A DNA stretch of 64,000 nt from the human T2T-CHM13v2.0 reference genome, Homo sapiens (GCF_009914755.1 NC_060944.1), one strand, 5' to 3'; shown: positions 25,533 to 39,830, counted from the stretch's first letter. Notes: generated by a model from the letters alone, not told the origin. Program-made: numbers and translations.

Positions 25533-27796
25533 TTGAAACCATAATGAGGTAGACCAAGATCTCATACTTGGGTGTCAGTTTTAAGGAATTACTTTTCTCT
25601 TGGTAAAGAGTAAGAAAAAGCAGTCAAAAGAAAAAATGCCCATTGACTTAAGGTGAGGGGAGAAAAACCACCTGCTAGCTCCCGAGCTAATGAAAAGACA
25701 AGCAACAAATCACAGATTGGAATTCCAGCCTCCAGAGACTTCAGAACAGAGGCTCCAAATGTCCTGATGATAGATGAAAATATGCAAACATTTTTCATTT
25801 TGTTCTGACCAAAACAGAAGCGAAAGAGCCAGTTAAAAGCAGCAAATTCATGCTGCATTGCCCAGCCTAGGCGGAATTCCAACAGGGGTAACACGGTAAA
25901 ACATCTGAGATGAAAAGAGAACAACTTGTGATGTTTAAAGAGACACTTCACAACTTAAGTGCTGCCTCTGGGCACAGATTATTGAAAGGACCACAGCAGC
26001 CAGGGAGAAAGTTCCATCTCTAGCCATGTGGCCATGTGCACAGAAGGACACCCTACAAAGGCCTCTGGGTGCACACGCAGTGCAGCAAAATGCAGTTTCC
26101 CTCCCAGATAAGAAACATGAAGAAAGCCCACGCCCTGACAAATGCAGAACTCACTCTTCATTTCCTTCCCTTCTCTCTCCTAGGACAACTGTAGATGCAT
26201 AGGATTCAATTTAACCGGGAGACTTTTGTTTTAATCCAACATTTTTCTTTAGCAAAACTCTGGAGACAAATTATGGCAGACGTTCATGTTAAACAGCTGG
26301 GAGCCCACTGAAATGAAAGAAAGTTTCTCCCCTGGTGTTACCATGGCACGGATATGAGGTGATCACAGGCCCCCCTAGTCCAGGAGAAAACAGACATAGC
26401 CCTGTGTCTCTGATATCTCTGTCAGTTAACTCTCCAATGAAATAGAACAATCCTAAGGATGAAGCTGGAAAAATGGATACATCAAAGGATGAAAGCTTCA
26501 CACAGACATGCCACCAAACATACAATTATATGAGTGTATACATGTGACAGTGTAGAACTACATAAACTCACAAAAACATATGCTCATACACACACCCCAA
26601 GACAAGCATACTTATTCACATGTGCGCAGTGCAGGAATATTTTTCATGCAGCAACCTTTATTGTTTTCCACAGCTGAACTGAATGATTAATGTTTACTGT
26701 GAAAACCTCACTGGCAGGACAACATGGTTTGCTATCCTTAGGTAACAAGTGCTACACATCTGTTGATTTCCACTGTCAAGTTACCTGGCTCCATCACAAA
26801 TACCTGTGTCGTAATAGAAAAGAAGAAACACCCCAAGGCAAATACAGAGGCAATCCTAATATACCACAAGTGGATGACCAGCAGCTCTAATGCGACCAGG
26901 TACATAAATGCAAGTCACTCACATCAGAATGCAACTTCTTTTCCTTCCAGACTCTGAGTGCCAGAAATCATTCTTTTCAACCAGAGCTGTTGCTACTGAA
27001 ACACCTGTCAGCTTCCCTGTCAGCCCGAATGACCTGTATATGGCATCTAACCAGGGATGCCTGCATTTTTCAAGTTTCTGGAGGGGAAACATCTTATGGA
27101 GGTTGAATGATGAGCTGTGGACTAGAACAAATGGCTCCTAGACATCCCAGGGCCCTGACTTTTAAGATTTAGGGAAGGCCTCTGGGCAAATCTATTGTTT
27201 TGTGTGTGCACATGTCTTTTTTAATCTCACAAAAAAAACCACAACAGGACTGACTTCCACTATTCAGGAGAGGGAAAAAGATTTGCAAGGGAAGGTCTGT
27301 GGTGGGCTCTGGCATCAGAGTTGCAAGATGCCATTAGTAACATGCAAAGGGATATTGACAGAACGATACCTCCCTATGTTTCTTCAATTACTCCACACAC
27401 TGTTTAGCAACCTTGAGGGAAAAAAGACCAATGTTTCTTGAATTTAATCCTTAAAAAAATTAACACTTAGCAACTGCCTGTGTATGAGTGAGTTGGCTGT
27501 AGCGTAACATCAGATAGAGGTGGAGTCTGGCAGAGTGAGAGTGAAGATAGGTTAAGCCAGGATCAAGACTGGGTTTATTTAGAAGGTGTTTAGCTAGGAT
27601 TACATATCAGAGGAGACCGACTGGATTCAATTCATGCAATGCTTCTTCCCAACCCTGGATGTTTTTAAGAAATTCTCAAGGAACTTAAAAACAACAAACA
27701 AATACAGCATATGGATAGCGCCCCCTCCCCTAGAGATTCTGATTTATTTGGACCGCAATAAGGCCCATCCATCCATCCCTGCATTCATTCAGGTAA

Positions 27797-28151
<355 letters not shown>

Positions 28152-28420
28152 AAACTAGACTTTATTTTTTCAGATCAGTTTTAGCTTCACAGCAAAATTG
28201 AGCAGAAGGTATCTCAAGGTGTGATTCTAATCTTCAGCCAAGCTTGAGAACAGCTAAATTAGTTAGACAAAAATAATCATCATTGCCCCTTGCTAGGATA
28301 GAGCACAAATCCATACATTTATCCAAAGAATATTTATTGAGTACATACTATGTGAAAGCTACTATTTTAGGTCCTCAGGACACACTGAAAGGCAAAAATA
28401 AATATAGCATATATTAGTTG

Positions 28421-28723
<303 letters not shown>

Positions 28724-29061
28724 TGTATTAGTTATGTCAAGACCAAATGCTGTCAGGCTAGAGAACCGGGGAAAGCTGATGTTGCAGTTCCAGTCTGAAA
28801 GGCATCGGCTGGGGAATTCCCTCTTACTCAGGAGAGCTCAGTCTTCTGATCTATTCAGACCTTCAGCTGATGGGATGAAGCCCATCATATGGGATGAAGC
28901 TCCCCTATGTTATGGGGAGCAATCTGCTTTACTCGAAGTCCGCCCATGTAAATGTCAATCTCATCCAAAAACACCTTCACAAAATCATCCAAACTATGGT
29001 TTGACCACCAATCTGTCAAACCGTGGTCCAGCCAAGTTGACACATAAAATTCACCAATACA
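28724..29061 (-). mobile_element. ERVL LTR (MLT2 family) fragment
   Basis: caatctgctttactc...aaatgtcaatctcatccaaaaacaccttcaca...ccagccaagttgacacataaaatt. Confidence 0.8.
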
Positions 29062-32000
29062 GGACCCATACCCTCACGAGGGTTCAAGTCTGTTGCGGGC
29101 CTGGGTGATACAAAAGTACACAAATGAAACAAGTGCAGATTGTGGAAATGGTATGAAGGAAAGCAAGTTGTTAAGAGAGGAAACAGAGGGGAACCTGTTT
29201 TAGATCAAGTGGACAGTGGAGGGAAAAAGCCTCTTGGAGGTGAAGAAGAGGAAGGAGCCAGCCCTGACGAGTGTAGAGTGAAGAGCATTACAGGCAGAAG
29301 GAATGACACAGAGTGGCGAGGGCTGCCAGGAACTGGGTGAGCTTGGGAAATGCCAGGAGGCTAAAGCTGGACTGCAGTAAGCAATGGGAAGAGGAGCGGC
29401 AGGTGAAGATAGAGAGGCAGCCAGTGCCAGATCCTTCAGTGCCTCGAAGTTAAGATGAAGCCAAAGCAGACGAGGAACAGGATCAGATTTACCTCTTAAG
29501 ATGTTCTGTCTGGCTGCAGTGTGGACATATGGAACAGGTGAAGTGTGGAAGGGGGTGGGCAGGGAGGAACTGAAATGCTCCAAGCATCTGAGGGGTGCTC
29601 AGAACAGGATGTGGCAGCAGAGATGGTGCCATGCGGCCTGACCTGTGTCTATTTTGGCAAGAGAAATAATCAAACTTTCTGGCGGATTAGCTGTGTGGCT
29701 GCTGGGGGCAACGGATGACGCTCTCATTTCTGGCTTGAACAATTTAGAGGAAACAAGAGCTTTTTTCCTTGTTACCAGCCTGGCTCGAGTTATACTCAAT
29801 AGCGGCCTGCATTATGCAAATCATGTGTCCTAATTAACGTAGATCCAGTTTGAATTATGCAAATTTTTGCTTTGGGCTGTATTAGTCACAATCCAGCTGA
29901 TTTCCTCCTGCCTAGACTACCTCCTGCCCATCTGGAACACATCCCATTCTCCACACTGCTCCTCTGTGGACCAGAGTCATGAGCCAGTCTGGGGTCAGTG
30001 AGCCCTGAGTGGTCAGTGCAGCAAAGCTGAGGGATGGGAGGAGGCATGCTCATCCATCCAGACAGAGCCAGGAACCTTCTCTGGGCCTCTGTCTTAAAGA
30101 GTTTCCTCGTGAGCTTATCCACCCAGCTGGTCCCCTCTCTCCATCAATGTCTGTGTTCAGGCTTTCGTTCTGTTCAGAACTCCTGTCTCGGAAGACGCTC
30201 CAGCCTCCTTGTAATGCACTCTGATGGCTTGTTGATTCCTGGGGCCCGTGCTTTTTGTTCAGATTGAATCCAACCATCTGTGTGCTGAAAAAAATATTGA
30301 CAAACCCTCTGACCTATTGTACCTTTTAAAGGCGCTCCCATACAGGAATGCCGCCTTGTTTTATTGAAGCGAAGTCTGTTTTATTTAACTCTGAATGCCA
30401 GGCACCTAGAATAGCTTGTGAGATAAATGCCAATCAACTCTAGCATAATCAAGACACCCATTCCTGCCTCATTAGGGTCTTCTCATTCCCTTTAAGCTTC
30501 TCAGATTTATACACTGTAATTAGAAACTTGGTGATTTTGACTGCTAAACAGAAAGGCTTACTGGGAGGCTTCATATGTCTGAATTTTAAATATTTTCACA
30601 CTTCGTTAACCCAGTTGCAAGTGTAACATCTTCTGGCCCAATTCCCTCACACTGTGTGATTTTTATTTTTGGACGAAGACGAGAACAATTAATTGAATTG
30701 AAACACATATTGATTACTGTTTTCCATGAACTCTGAACAGCTTGTCTCTGAATGATTTTATTGAAGGGTTTTTAGACAACTGTTTGGTTGGATTGCTTCC
30801 CTTGGTGACCTCATTCTGGCTATAAGTGCCTGTCCGCAATTGCGACGGTCTGTGTTCTTGGTGAGTTGTGGTTGTTCCCAAGAGCTGAGTCAGAATGAGA
30901 GAGGCCACACCACCCTTCTGCACATCCACACCCTGATTAGGGAACCCTGATGCCTTAATCAAACCCAAAAGCAGGGTTCTGGAAGAGTCTATGCAGATGT
31001 CATGATTTCCATATTCCTGATGTAAATATTGTTTAGACGTCAGGTGAGCAGGAATATTCCTTACTGCATTAAATGATCACGTTATTCATGCAATGACTGC
31101 AATGTTTTCATCAGGCAGAGCTTTCCAGACCAGTTGATATTCCCTTACCACCTCTACCACCCTCTTGTGCTGATCACAATTGTGAGATTTGAGAATGTTT
31201 CTTAAACCAGTGCTTTTTATGCTTTAATGTACACATGAATTATCTGGGGATCTTGTTAAGAAGACTGTGATTCAGTGGGTCCAGGCTGGGGCCTGCGATT
31301 CTGCATCTCTAACATGCCTGCAAGTGATGTTAATGATGCTAGTTTGTGGACACAAGGCCGTTGGTGCTGCCTCTATCTGTGCATGATCTGTCACTCTGTT
31401 AGGGGAATGATCATAGAATTGCATTCTGCATCTCCCACTAAAGTGCAAATCCCCAAAGATCTGAGGCCATGGTCTAATTCATCTTAATACTTCCTGTTGC
31501 AGCTCAGATGAGGCCGGAACCAGTGGGCTCTGACGAGGATTCTGAGCTCCCCTTTCAGTGGGCAGAGAGAGAGTTTGAGGCTGCTGCAGAATGAGACGGT
31601 TTCATAGCCCTGGAGTGGTAATAGGGTCAGGGTGAGACACCCATCTTTCAGGGAAGGTGGGCCCAGGATCTAAAGGTCCATGGCTCCAGGGTGCTCATCA
31701 AGATAATAACTCATTACTAAAAAGAGGGTGTCAAAGCTGGGCTAGCAGCAGTAAAGAGGCAGCTGTAACAACACTTTCACATCTTCTGCTCAGGTATAAG
31801 GTCTTTTAATAAATAGTTCATCTTAATATCATAGATGATGGAAATGTCCTTGCCTCCTGGTGCATTTTCCAGATGTTTCCAGGATGCTTGTGTGCCCACC
31901 ATCTCTTATCCACACAACAGCTGGATGACCTTTTAAGAATATAAATTGGATCCCTTCATTCCTCTGTGTAGAACCCTCCTAGGGCTTTCCATTCCTTTCA

Positions 32001-33962
32001 GGATAAAATGCAAGTTCTAGGAGTCCTGCCATCCCTGGCCCTACCCACCCTTTCCCCCACACAGTCTCATCACTGTCCTCTGTGCTCAGGAGGCCCCAGT
32101 CACTCCGGTCTCCTTTTTACTACATTTTTAAGACTTGCCTAAGTCATTTCCACCTCAGGGCCTTTGCACTCACTGTTTTTATTCATATGTCTTCATCTTC
32201 ACTACTTTACCTTCAGAGACTTTGGCTGGCTTATAGGCAAGAATTAAACAACTCCAAAAAGAGGTAGAATTTTTGATTTCATGGGTTTGACATAGATTTA
32301 CTTTCCCCTTCATTCTTACCCAGTTGAAGCCAAGAACAGTCTGACACCTTCATATTAGAAACAGAGGACTGAAGACTGGAGACAGAATGGGACTTAAAGC
32401 CACTCACATTTTGGGGGGCAGAATTGTCTGAGGATGGACTCAGAGGCTGTGACTTGGACTTGTGCAGAAGGAAATTTAATCTGAACCACTTGGACCTGCT
32501 GTATTTAACAATAACATAGTTATAGTAATGAAACTTCCCTCCTTCCCCTCCCTTATTTTTTCTTTGCTTGTAACTTTGCTGAGGCCAAGGTTGTATATAG
32601 AAGGCCACAGACAATCCTGAATTTCTCTTCCATTTGCATTATCCTATTTTTCTTTGTAATAAAATATTCTATTTTGAGGCCAAAAGAGGGTAATTTGTAA
32701 TTTATGAATTTCTCTCTTGAAATTACAACTAGAACCTAATTTTAAAAATCAAATTGGTTTCATCTAATTAAATTTGTAAATTGCCTCATAAACACATGCT
32801 TTGTTATAAATGTTTTTAAAAGCAAGGTCTCTTGCTTACTGTCTGGGGCTGGATTGGGTTGAGCCCAGAGTAACAGTTACTTCTCATCTCTCTACTCAAG
32901 AGAACATACTCTCAATTGCCAAAAGTTTCTCAAGAGTAGTATTTTCCAGAACAGTGCTTCTGAAACCGTAATACCCATAGGAATCACCCAAGGATCTTGT
33001 TAAACTGGAGAGGCCTGAGCTGCTACATTTCTAACTAGCTCCCAGGTCATGCTAATGCCGCTGGTCTATGGACCACGCTAAGTTGCAGAAAGGGGCAAGA
33101 CATCTGTACCTGCATTTAGGAGTCCTGGGTTTGGCATCTGGGTAATATGAACTTGGTCTTTTCATTTTAACCCTCTGCACTCAATTTCCTCATTTTTATG
33201 TAATGATAACAGCTAACATTTATAATGTTATTTCTAAATGCCAAACACTGTACAAAACCTAATTTAATCAGATCTTCAGAGTAATCCTATAAGGCCATTT
33301 TATTATTACCTTGATTTTTCTGATAAAAGACTTAAGGTTCTGAGAGGCCACTTGATGTACTCAAGGTCACAGAGCAAGTAAATGTCAGAGCTGGGATTCA
33401 GATCTAGGCTATATAGGCTCAAATGTCACCATCCTTATTTTCTTAGGCCTCACTAGCTTTTGATACACAAGATTACACTCATGTTTATGCTCACAATACA
33501 ATGGCCTAAATCTACAACCTCCTTAGCTGTCTTTACAGCATCCCTCAATAATTTTGGCATATTCCGCAAAAGTAGCCTCAAATGCTTACAAACAACTCAA
33601 CCAGTTACAATACTCTGGTTCCGGTTCTCTGCAAATTATAGCCCAAGTCACAGCGAAGAAGCTACCTGAAGATGTCTTTCATCATAGTTGTCTCCCATAG
33701 AATCCATGGGAATGCCAACATCCCTGGCATCTGGTCTCTGAAAATCCACAAGGCATCAGATTCACACAGAAGTGAGAAGGACAACCTGCTCTAATCTGTA
33801 CCCACCTTTGTGCATGGGGCTTCAGAGAGTGCACTATATAATAATGCCTCAATTGCAGGAGGTTCTACTCAAACACAGAGTCTAACTCACAGTTGTGTTT
33901 AGACCCTTGCTCTCCCTCTGTTTCTTTCTTCTTGTCATGGAATTTTAATCATGATATTTCTC

Positions 33963-34066
33963 ATCCAGTCTAATGCATCATTCTACTAGAGGAAAAAGTG
34001 TATTACTCTCAAGGATCCAATCTAATGCATCATCCTACTAGAGGAAAAAGTATATTACTCTCAAGG
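33963..34066. repeat. Two-copy 52-bp tandem duplication
   Basis: atcca(g/a)tctaatgcatcat(t/c)ctactagaggaaaaagt(g/a)tattactctcaagg occurs twice, with 3 mismatches. Confidence 0.95.
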
Positions 34067-34526
34067 AATAATATGTGCAGAGATATGACTCCACCTGCAA
34101 CATAGCCCTACAGTAGTAGTTTCCAAATGCAGGTATGTACAAGGACCAGGGCTTTTCCATGACAAAGTTGCCATCAATCCAGTGCAAAATTAGAAAAAAT
34201 AATGTGACTGTCATGAGTTAGTAAAAAATCATAAATTTATTCAATTTGAAGGATGGACTTTTATTCTGAAATTATATCCTTTCTATATTTTTGGAATTAT
34301 GTCTTTTATAAAACGATGTAAATAAAAGATGTTGAAGTACCCTAGGTTAGTCCCCCAAGCCTTTTTAAATGCTACTGGCCTGTGAATTCCAAAAGTCTTG
34401 AACATCTGGCACACAGCGTCTTTTACATAACAGTATCAAGTAACTTAACTTCCTAAATCATGGGTCCTTTCCTTCTGCTTTACAAAGAAAAGTTTGCCAG
34501 GCACAACACATCTTTATTTCATGTAA

Positions 34527-34527
<1 letters not shown>

Positions 34528-34584
<57 letters not shown>
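34528..34584. repeat. (TG)21(AG)~8 compound microsatellite
   Basis: Directly visible. Confidence 0.96.
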
Positions 34585-36166
34585 TTGTGGTTTCTGCTTT
34601 ACAAAGAACATGTAGATTTGAAGTGACTGGATTTTGTTTCAGTTAAATTTTCGAACCTCTCTTTCCCAAAGAAGTTTTGAAAATGTGCTAGGCAAGGTGT
34701 ATTAGTATGAGTACCTGCCCTCCTCTCGGGGTACTCCCCAGGAAGAAAGCTTCTCCCAAGCGTGTGGCCTGAGAAAACTCATAAGTGATGGGGATGGATG
34801 TCTGTTTCCTCCTTCCATCTGGTAATCCTGAGAGCTGCGCCAAGCTCCCTGCAACTTCTAAGAGGGAGATGTTAGCTCTCCTGAGGAATGCTAGTTTTAG
34901 TGAGATAAGGTGTTTTCTTAAGCACCTTGTACATGTTGGATAATCTTCTCCCTCAGAGAGTTCTCAGGACCACCTGTGACTCTCTAGAGAGGTTATCGGT
35001 CTGTTAGATTAATCTTGAGTACTTTTCCTTCATCAAATACTCCTTGACTTTCCTCCCCAGAGCTCACCTTTCCTTATGGCAGCAATATTCTTCCCCCAAG
35101 CCCACTCCCTATACATGCATGTTTCTGCATGAGCTCTCAGTGACTTAAGCCTCTTCGTGGGCCTGTGGTACATGTTTCAGTCTGGGATGCTTGTGTCTTT
35201 CCCCCTCGTCAGATTCCCTAGAGAAACCCTGAAGAAGTGATTACCACCTTTATTTTACAGGTGAGAAAAATGAGGCTTAAAGAGAGGAGGAATCTACCAA
35301 AGGTAACTCAGGAAAAGGTGGAGCTACTAGGACACTAGGCTACATCATTCCAGCTTCGGTATCCATGCCCTTCCCTCTGCATTCCTGTGTGTTTCCACTT
35401 GATCTAGTATTGTAATCTTATGTTGTGTAAGAATACAAGGGGTGGGAGGAGACTCAACCTTACTCGTATTGCAATACTTGAATCTTAGCTATATCAGCTC
35501 TGTTGGAGATTTTTTTGTTTTGTTTTGCAATAAACTTTCATACAGTTTGTCTTATTTTTGCAACTTTTCTGGAAGGCACATTGTGTTGGCTTGATGGGTA
35601 CATTCCTGCTTGAGTAGGTTCTGGTTCATCTCTGATATGGTAAGGCCCAGCTAATGCTTGGAATGGGGGCTTTGGATGCCATCACCTGGGTGACAAAATA
35701 TGCCTTGGGCACAGAGCAATTTAAATCTGAAGAATCCTGTGTCCCTGGTGCAGAGAATAACATTGGGATTCTTTTCAAAGCAAAGAGACTGATATTCGTA
35801 AAGTGAGCATCATGTGGGTATTGCAGTTTCCCAGACGAACTTTCAGTACTGTTTGCCAGGCCTGGGCCTTCTCTTCCACATAAGAACAATCTGACTCCCT
35901 GGGTTTTGGCTCTTTTGTGGATGAGGTCAGTTGTCACCATAGTCACTTCAATGCATGATGTGTACAAATTTCTTTGTTCTTGGGGCTACCAGGACAGCTC
36001 CACTGTGTGCCATTATGTTTGCACCCCATTGTACTGTCAGAAACCTTTTGGTATGTCTCATCTTACTCACCTTTATACGTTCAGCAGAATGGGTATTCAC
36101 CAATGTCAGGCTGAAGTGACTTGAATAAAGCTAAGCCAATGGATGCAGCACAAGGGACCTCCTTAC

Positions 36167-36276
36167 CTCGTAGAGCGTGATGACCCCATTGGTCTCATTG
36201 GGAGGTTTCCACTGGATGTAGATCTTCTCCTCAAAGGGCCCCCCTTGGATGGATTCTAGAGGAACAGCTCCTGGAA
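36167..36276 (-). CDS. PTPRT: PTPRT coding exon (exon 9), N-terminal part of third FN3 repeat
   Basis: Minus-strand acceptor ...cttttccattctgtag|TTCCAGG and donor CTACGAG|gtaagg. 110 nt, phase 1-0. With the G from the upstream exon it translates [37 protein letters not shown] (FN3 W-x-P-P-x-x-x-NG motif). Confidence 0.96.
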
Positions 36277-36346
36277 CTACAGAATGGAAAAGTTATGAAC
36301 TTGATGTCACCTTCCACATCATTTCTCCAGCCCCGCTGACCTAGAA

Positions 36347-36568
36347 CAGGGGTTGACAAAGTTGCTGTAAAGAACCAGATAGTAAATATTTTAGGTCTGA
36401 TGGGCTGTACGTTCTCTGTTACAACTACTCAACTCTGTCATTTTAGCACAAAAATGACTATAGATAATCCATAAATGAATGAGTACGGTGGCGTTCCAAT
36501 AAAACTTTATTTATGAAAACAGGCAATGGGCTGGATTTGACCCACAGGCCATAGTTTGCTAACCCATT
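36347..36568. mobile_element. MER58A hAT-Charlie MITE
   Basis: caggggttgacaaa...ccagatagtaaatattttagg...ccaataaaactttatttatgaaaacaggc...gccatagtttgctaaccc. Confidence 0.85.
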
Positions 36569-36702
36569 TTCAGAAGGCTGATCAGGCTTTTCATCTGCAG
36601 ACTGAGCAAGTCGGTTTATGAACTGAACCGGATAAGGGCAGAAAGGACATGAGCAGTTTCCAGTTCTGCCAGAGGTGGGAATCTGAAATGAGGTGTTTGC
36701 TT

Positions 36703-36931
36703 CAGGGGTGTCTAATCTTTTGGCTTCCCTGGGCCACATTGGAAGAAGAATTATTATTGTAGGCCACACATAAAATACACTAACACGAACGATAGTTCAT
36801 GAGCTAAAAAAAAAAAATTACAAAAAAAAAATCTCATAACGTTGTAAGAAAGTTTATGAATTTGTATTGGGCCACATTCAAAGCCATCCTGGGCTGCATG
36901 CAGCCCAGGGGCTGCTGGTTGGACAAGCTTG
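36703..36931. mobile_element. MER30 hAT-Charlie MITE
   Basis: caggggtgtctaatcttttggcttccctgggccacattggaagaagaatt ... gggccacattcaaagccatcctgggctgcatg...ttggacaagcttg. Confidence 0.88.
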
Positions 36932-38669
36932 TTTTAGGATTTGTATTTGAGAAATGCAAAGTGAGCTTCCCATCATCTTACCAAGTATCATTTTCTTCAC
37001 TCTGCCAAGTTTTCTCTAACTTTAGGAGTGCTTCATCAGTTTCTTGACTAATTCCTGAATCCAACATGAACTATGTGGCTTGAAACCCCAATCCAATTAG
37101 AAGAAGCTCGCCTTGCTCCAAGAAGGCAGCTAGCTTGACTTGTTGTTGAGTCCCAATGCCTGGCATGAAGTAGATGCATAATAACTATTTGTTGGTTGGA
37201 TGAATAGGTGAATGAATGACCTACGCCAGCATTTTGAACTAATAAGTGCAACCTTTCCTGGGGCTCCTTCTATAAGCCGGTCAGTCTTCCTGCCAGCATC
37301 CTCCTGCTGGATTTCACTATTCTTACAACAGTCTGGAAGACGGTGAGCCAGAAAACAAATTATTCCCCAAACTTTCTGCTGTAACCCCTTAGAAATAATG
37401 AATTTCAGTAAATTGTTGCCAAATCTATTTATATTTTGGTATTATAAAAGCACTTACTCTTGGACTAGAATTTTACCTACATTATTTCACTTAAGCCATA
37501 AAACACCTCTGCCCAGTAGGTATTATCTCCTTTGCGTCGATAAGAGAACTGAGGCTGAGAAAATGGAATAACTTGCTGAAGGTCATATGGCTCTTAAGTT
37601 GTAAAGAGGGAACTAAACACCTGTCTGTGAGTTTTAAAGCATATACTCTTAATCATCACGCTACGCCTCTCTACATATAGCCTTGGCCATATGTTGCAAT
37701 CAGTTCCCCTTTGTTAAATTAAAATATGTTTAGTTTTGCTCATTATGGACATGCTATACAGAATTTGTTGAATATTAAGAATATATAAAAAGGTTAAAAA
37801 AGGAAAAGAACAAAATTACTCATAATTCACATGTTCAAATATTATTTTCCAATCTTTTTATGCATATAAAATTTTATTAAAAAAAGATATGCCTATGCAT
37901 ATATATATTTTTTATTTTTAAAAAAATGTTAACTCCTACTGTGCATATTTCATTGTGACCTTATTTTATCACTAAAGAAATTGCAGGCTTCTCTGGGGCC
38001 ATACATTTCTCTGGGGCCATGCATTTTAATGGCTGCTTAGAGGGGGCGTTGCCCCTTTATAGTCACTAATCCTTTATTATTGGGCATTAAAGTTGGTTTG
38101 AATTCTTCATGATTTTGAGCAATGCTGGAATGAGCATGCTTATAGGTAAGTATGCATGCAACTCTGCAGATAGACCTTAAGATTAATGCTTTGGAAATTA
38201 ATTTACTGGGCCAAAGTAAATGAACTATTTTATTTTTAAGGCTTTTGACATATATTACCAGATTGCCTTTCAGAAAGTTTGTACCATTCTGGACTCCCCA
38301 ACAGAAGACTATGTCTGTTCTTGCCAACACTGACTATTTAAAAAATTAAGTGCATGTGTATGTGTGTCTTTTTTAGAATACTGGAGAGTACAGATTTTGT
38401 TTTCAGCCTAATTAGCCATTCACATTGCTTCTTTTATGAACAAATTATCTATACCTTGTGCTCATTTTCCTGTATGGCTCTTCATTTTTGCTCATCTTTG
38501 TCTTATGGGCTCGTCATTGTAATTTCATTTTAAGGACGTAAGCTTTCTTGCATAGGTTGCAAATATATTTTCGCCAGTTTTTTTGTTGGCTTTTGAAATC
38601 ACTTAGGTATGCAGAAGCTTTTAATTAGTCAGGTATCCTATTGCTTTCCCTTATCCACCCTTCCTTTCC

Positions 38670-39830
38670 AGAAATATTTATTATGTATTTAATATGATGA
38701 AGGGACAGCGATGGACACTAGAGATATACCAATAACAAAGAGAGATGTAGTCAAATCCATGGTAAAGCTTGTATTCTGGAAAGAGAGACAGACATTAAGC
38801 GATTATACTCAAAACTAATTCATTACATTTTTTTAATCAGGACTCTGACATAAAGGGATATGGTACTAGGAGAATTATTAAAAGCAGAGAACAACCTAGA
38901 ATGGCAAGTTAGGATATTAAATGGCACATAAGTTAGAGTTGCTTGATAAGTAGAAGTTATCAGGGCAAAATGGGGAGGAGGTGCTGTAGTGTGGTGGACA
39001 GCTTTGTGAGGTTGAGGGTGGAAGGAGAAAAATCAGTTAGGAGGCTGTCATTGTCATCCTCGGGAGAAAGAATTGTAACGTGGACTGGAATGATGGTAGT
39101 GTAGAAGTGAAATAGATTGTACAGATGTGGACTCAGAGGATGGCAACATGGAAGATCAATGACTTGGTGGTGATAGATAAGGGTGAAGGAGGGAAGGGAT
39201 GTGTCATGGAGAACTGCAACCCTTTTGTTTTACACAACTGGGGGATCAAAATGTTGTTTATAGAGAGGGAGCCTTAAAGGATGACCAATTTTGGAGAGGA
39301 AGCTGGTGAGCTCAGTTTTTGTCATACTTTATTTCAGGTATACATAGAACATCCAAGTGGCAATGCTGAGTAGCAGTTGGATATGGGAAGACTGGGGCCA
39401 ATGTTTGGAAATGGAAACCGTAGGCAGGGAATAGATGGCAAGAGTATAGAGCAGAGAAAAAAAAATAGGTCTAAGACTAAGTGAAGAAGAACTCCAGAAT
39501 TAACAATTAGGAGGAAAATGAATGGAGAAACTGGGAGTCAGTGTTCAGAGAGGCAACCAGAAAACCAGGAAGGTAAGCCGTCATTGTAGCATCCAAAGAA
39601 GGAAAGAGGCTCAAGAAGGTACTGGTCAGCAGTCACAAATATGGCTGAGTAGTCGAGTAAGATGTGGCTTTAAACTTGCCCATTGAACCTACTGTCCTCA
39701 AGGTGACTCGTGAGCCAAGCAAGAGTAATTTAAGGGAGAATGTTGGCATCACAAGCCATCCTGAAGAGGGTTGAGAAGAGAGGGGAAGGTGAGGTGAGGC
39801 AAGTAAACAATGCTGGCTGTGAAAAGGAGG
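38670..39830 (-). mobile_element. L2 relic
   Basis: Purine-rich reverse L2 signature (cagttaggaggctg, catccaagtggcaatgctgagtagcagttggata, tcattgtagcatccaaagaaggaaag). Confidence 0.65.

Noticed and set aside
33963-34066. Direct repeats as a CRISPR-like array
   Set aside because: Only two abutting copies with no spacers, in mammalian DNA.
37989-38024. 18-bp tandem duplication ttctctggggccat(a/g)cat
   Set aside because: Real, but an ordinary slippage event inside an old L1 relic.
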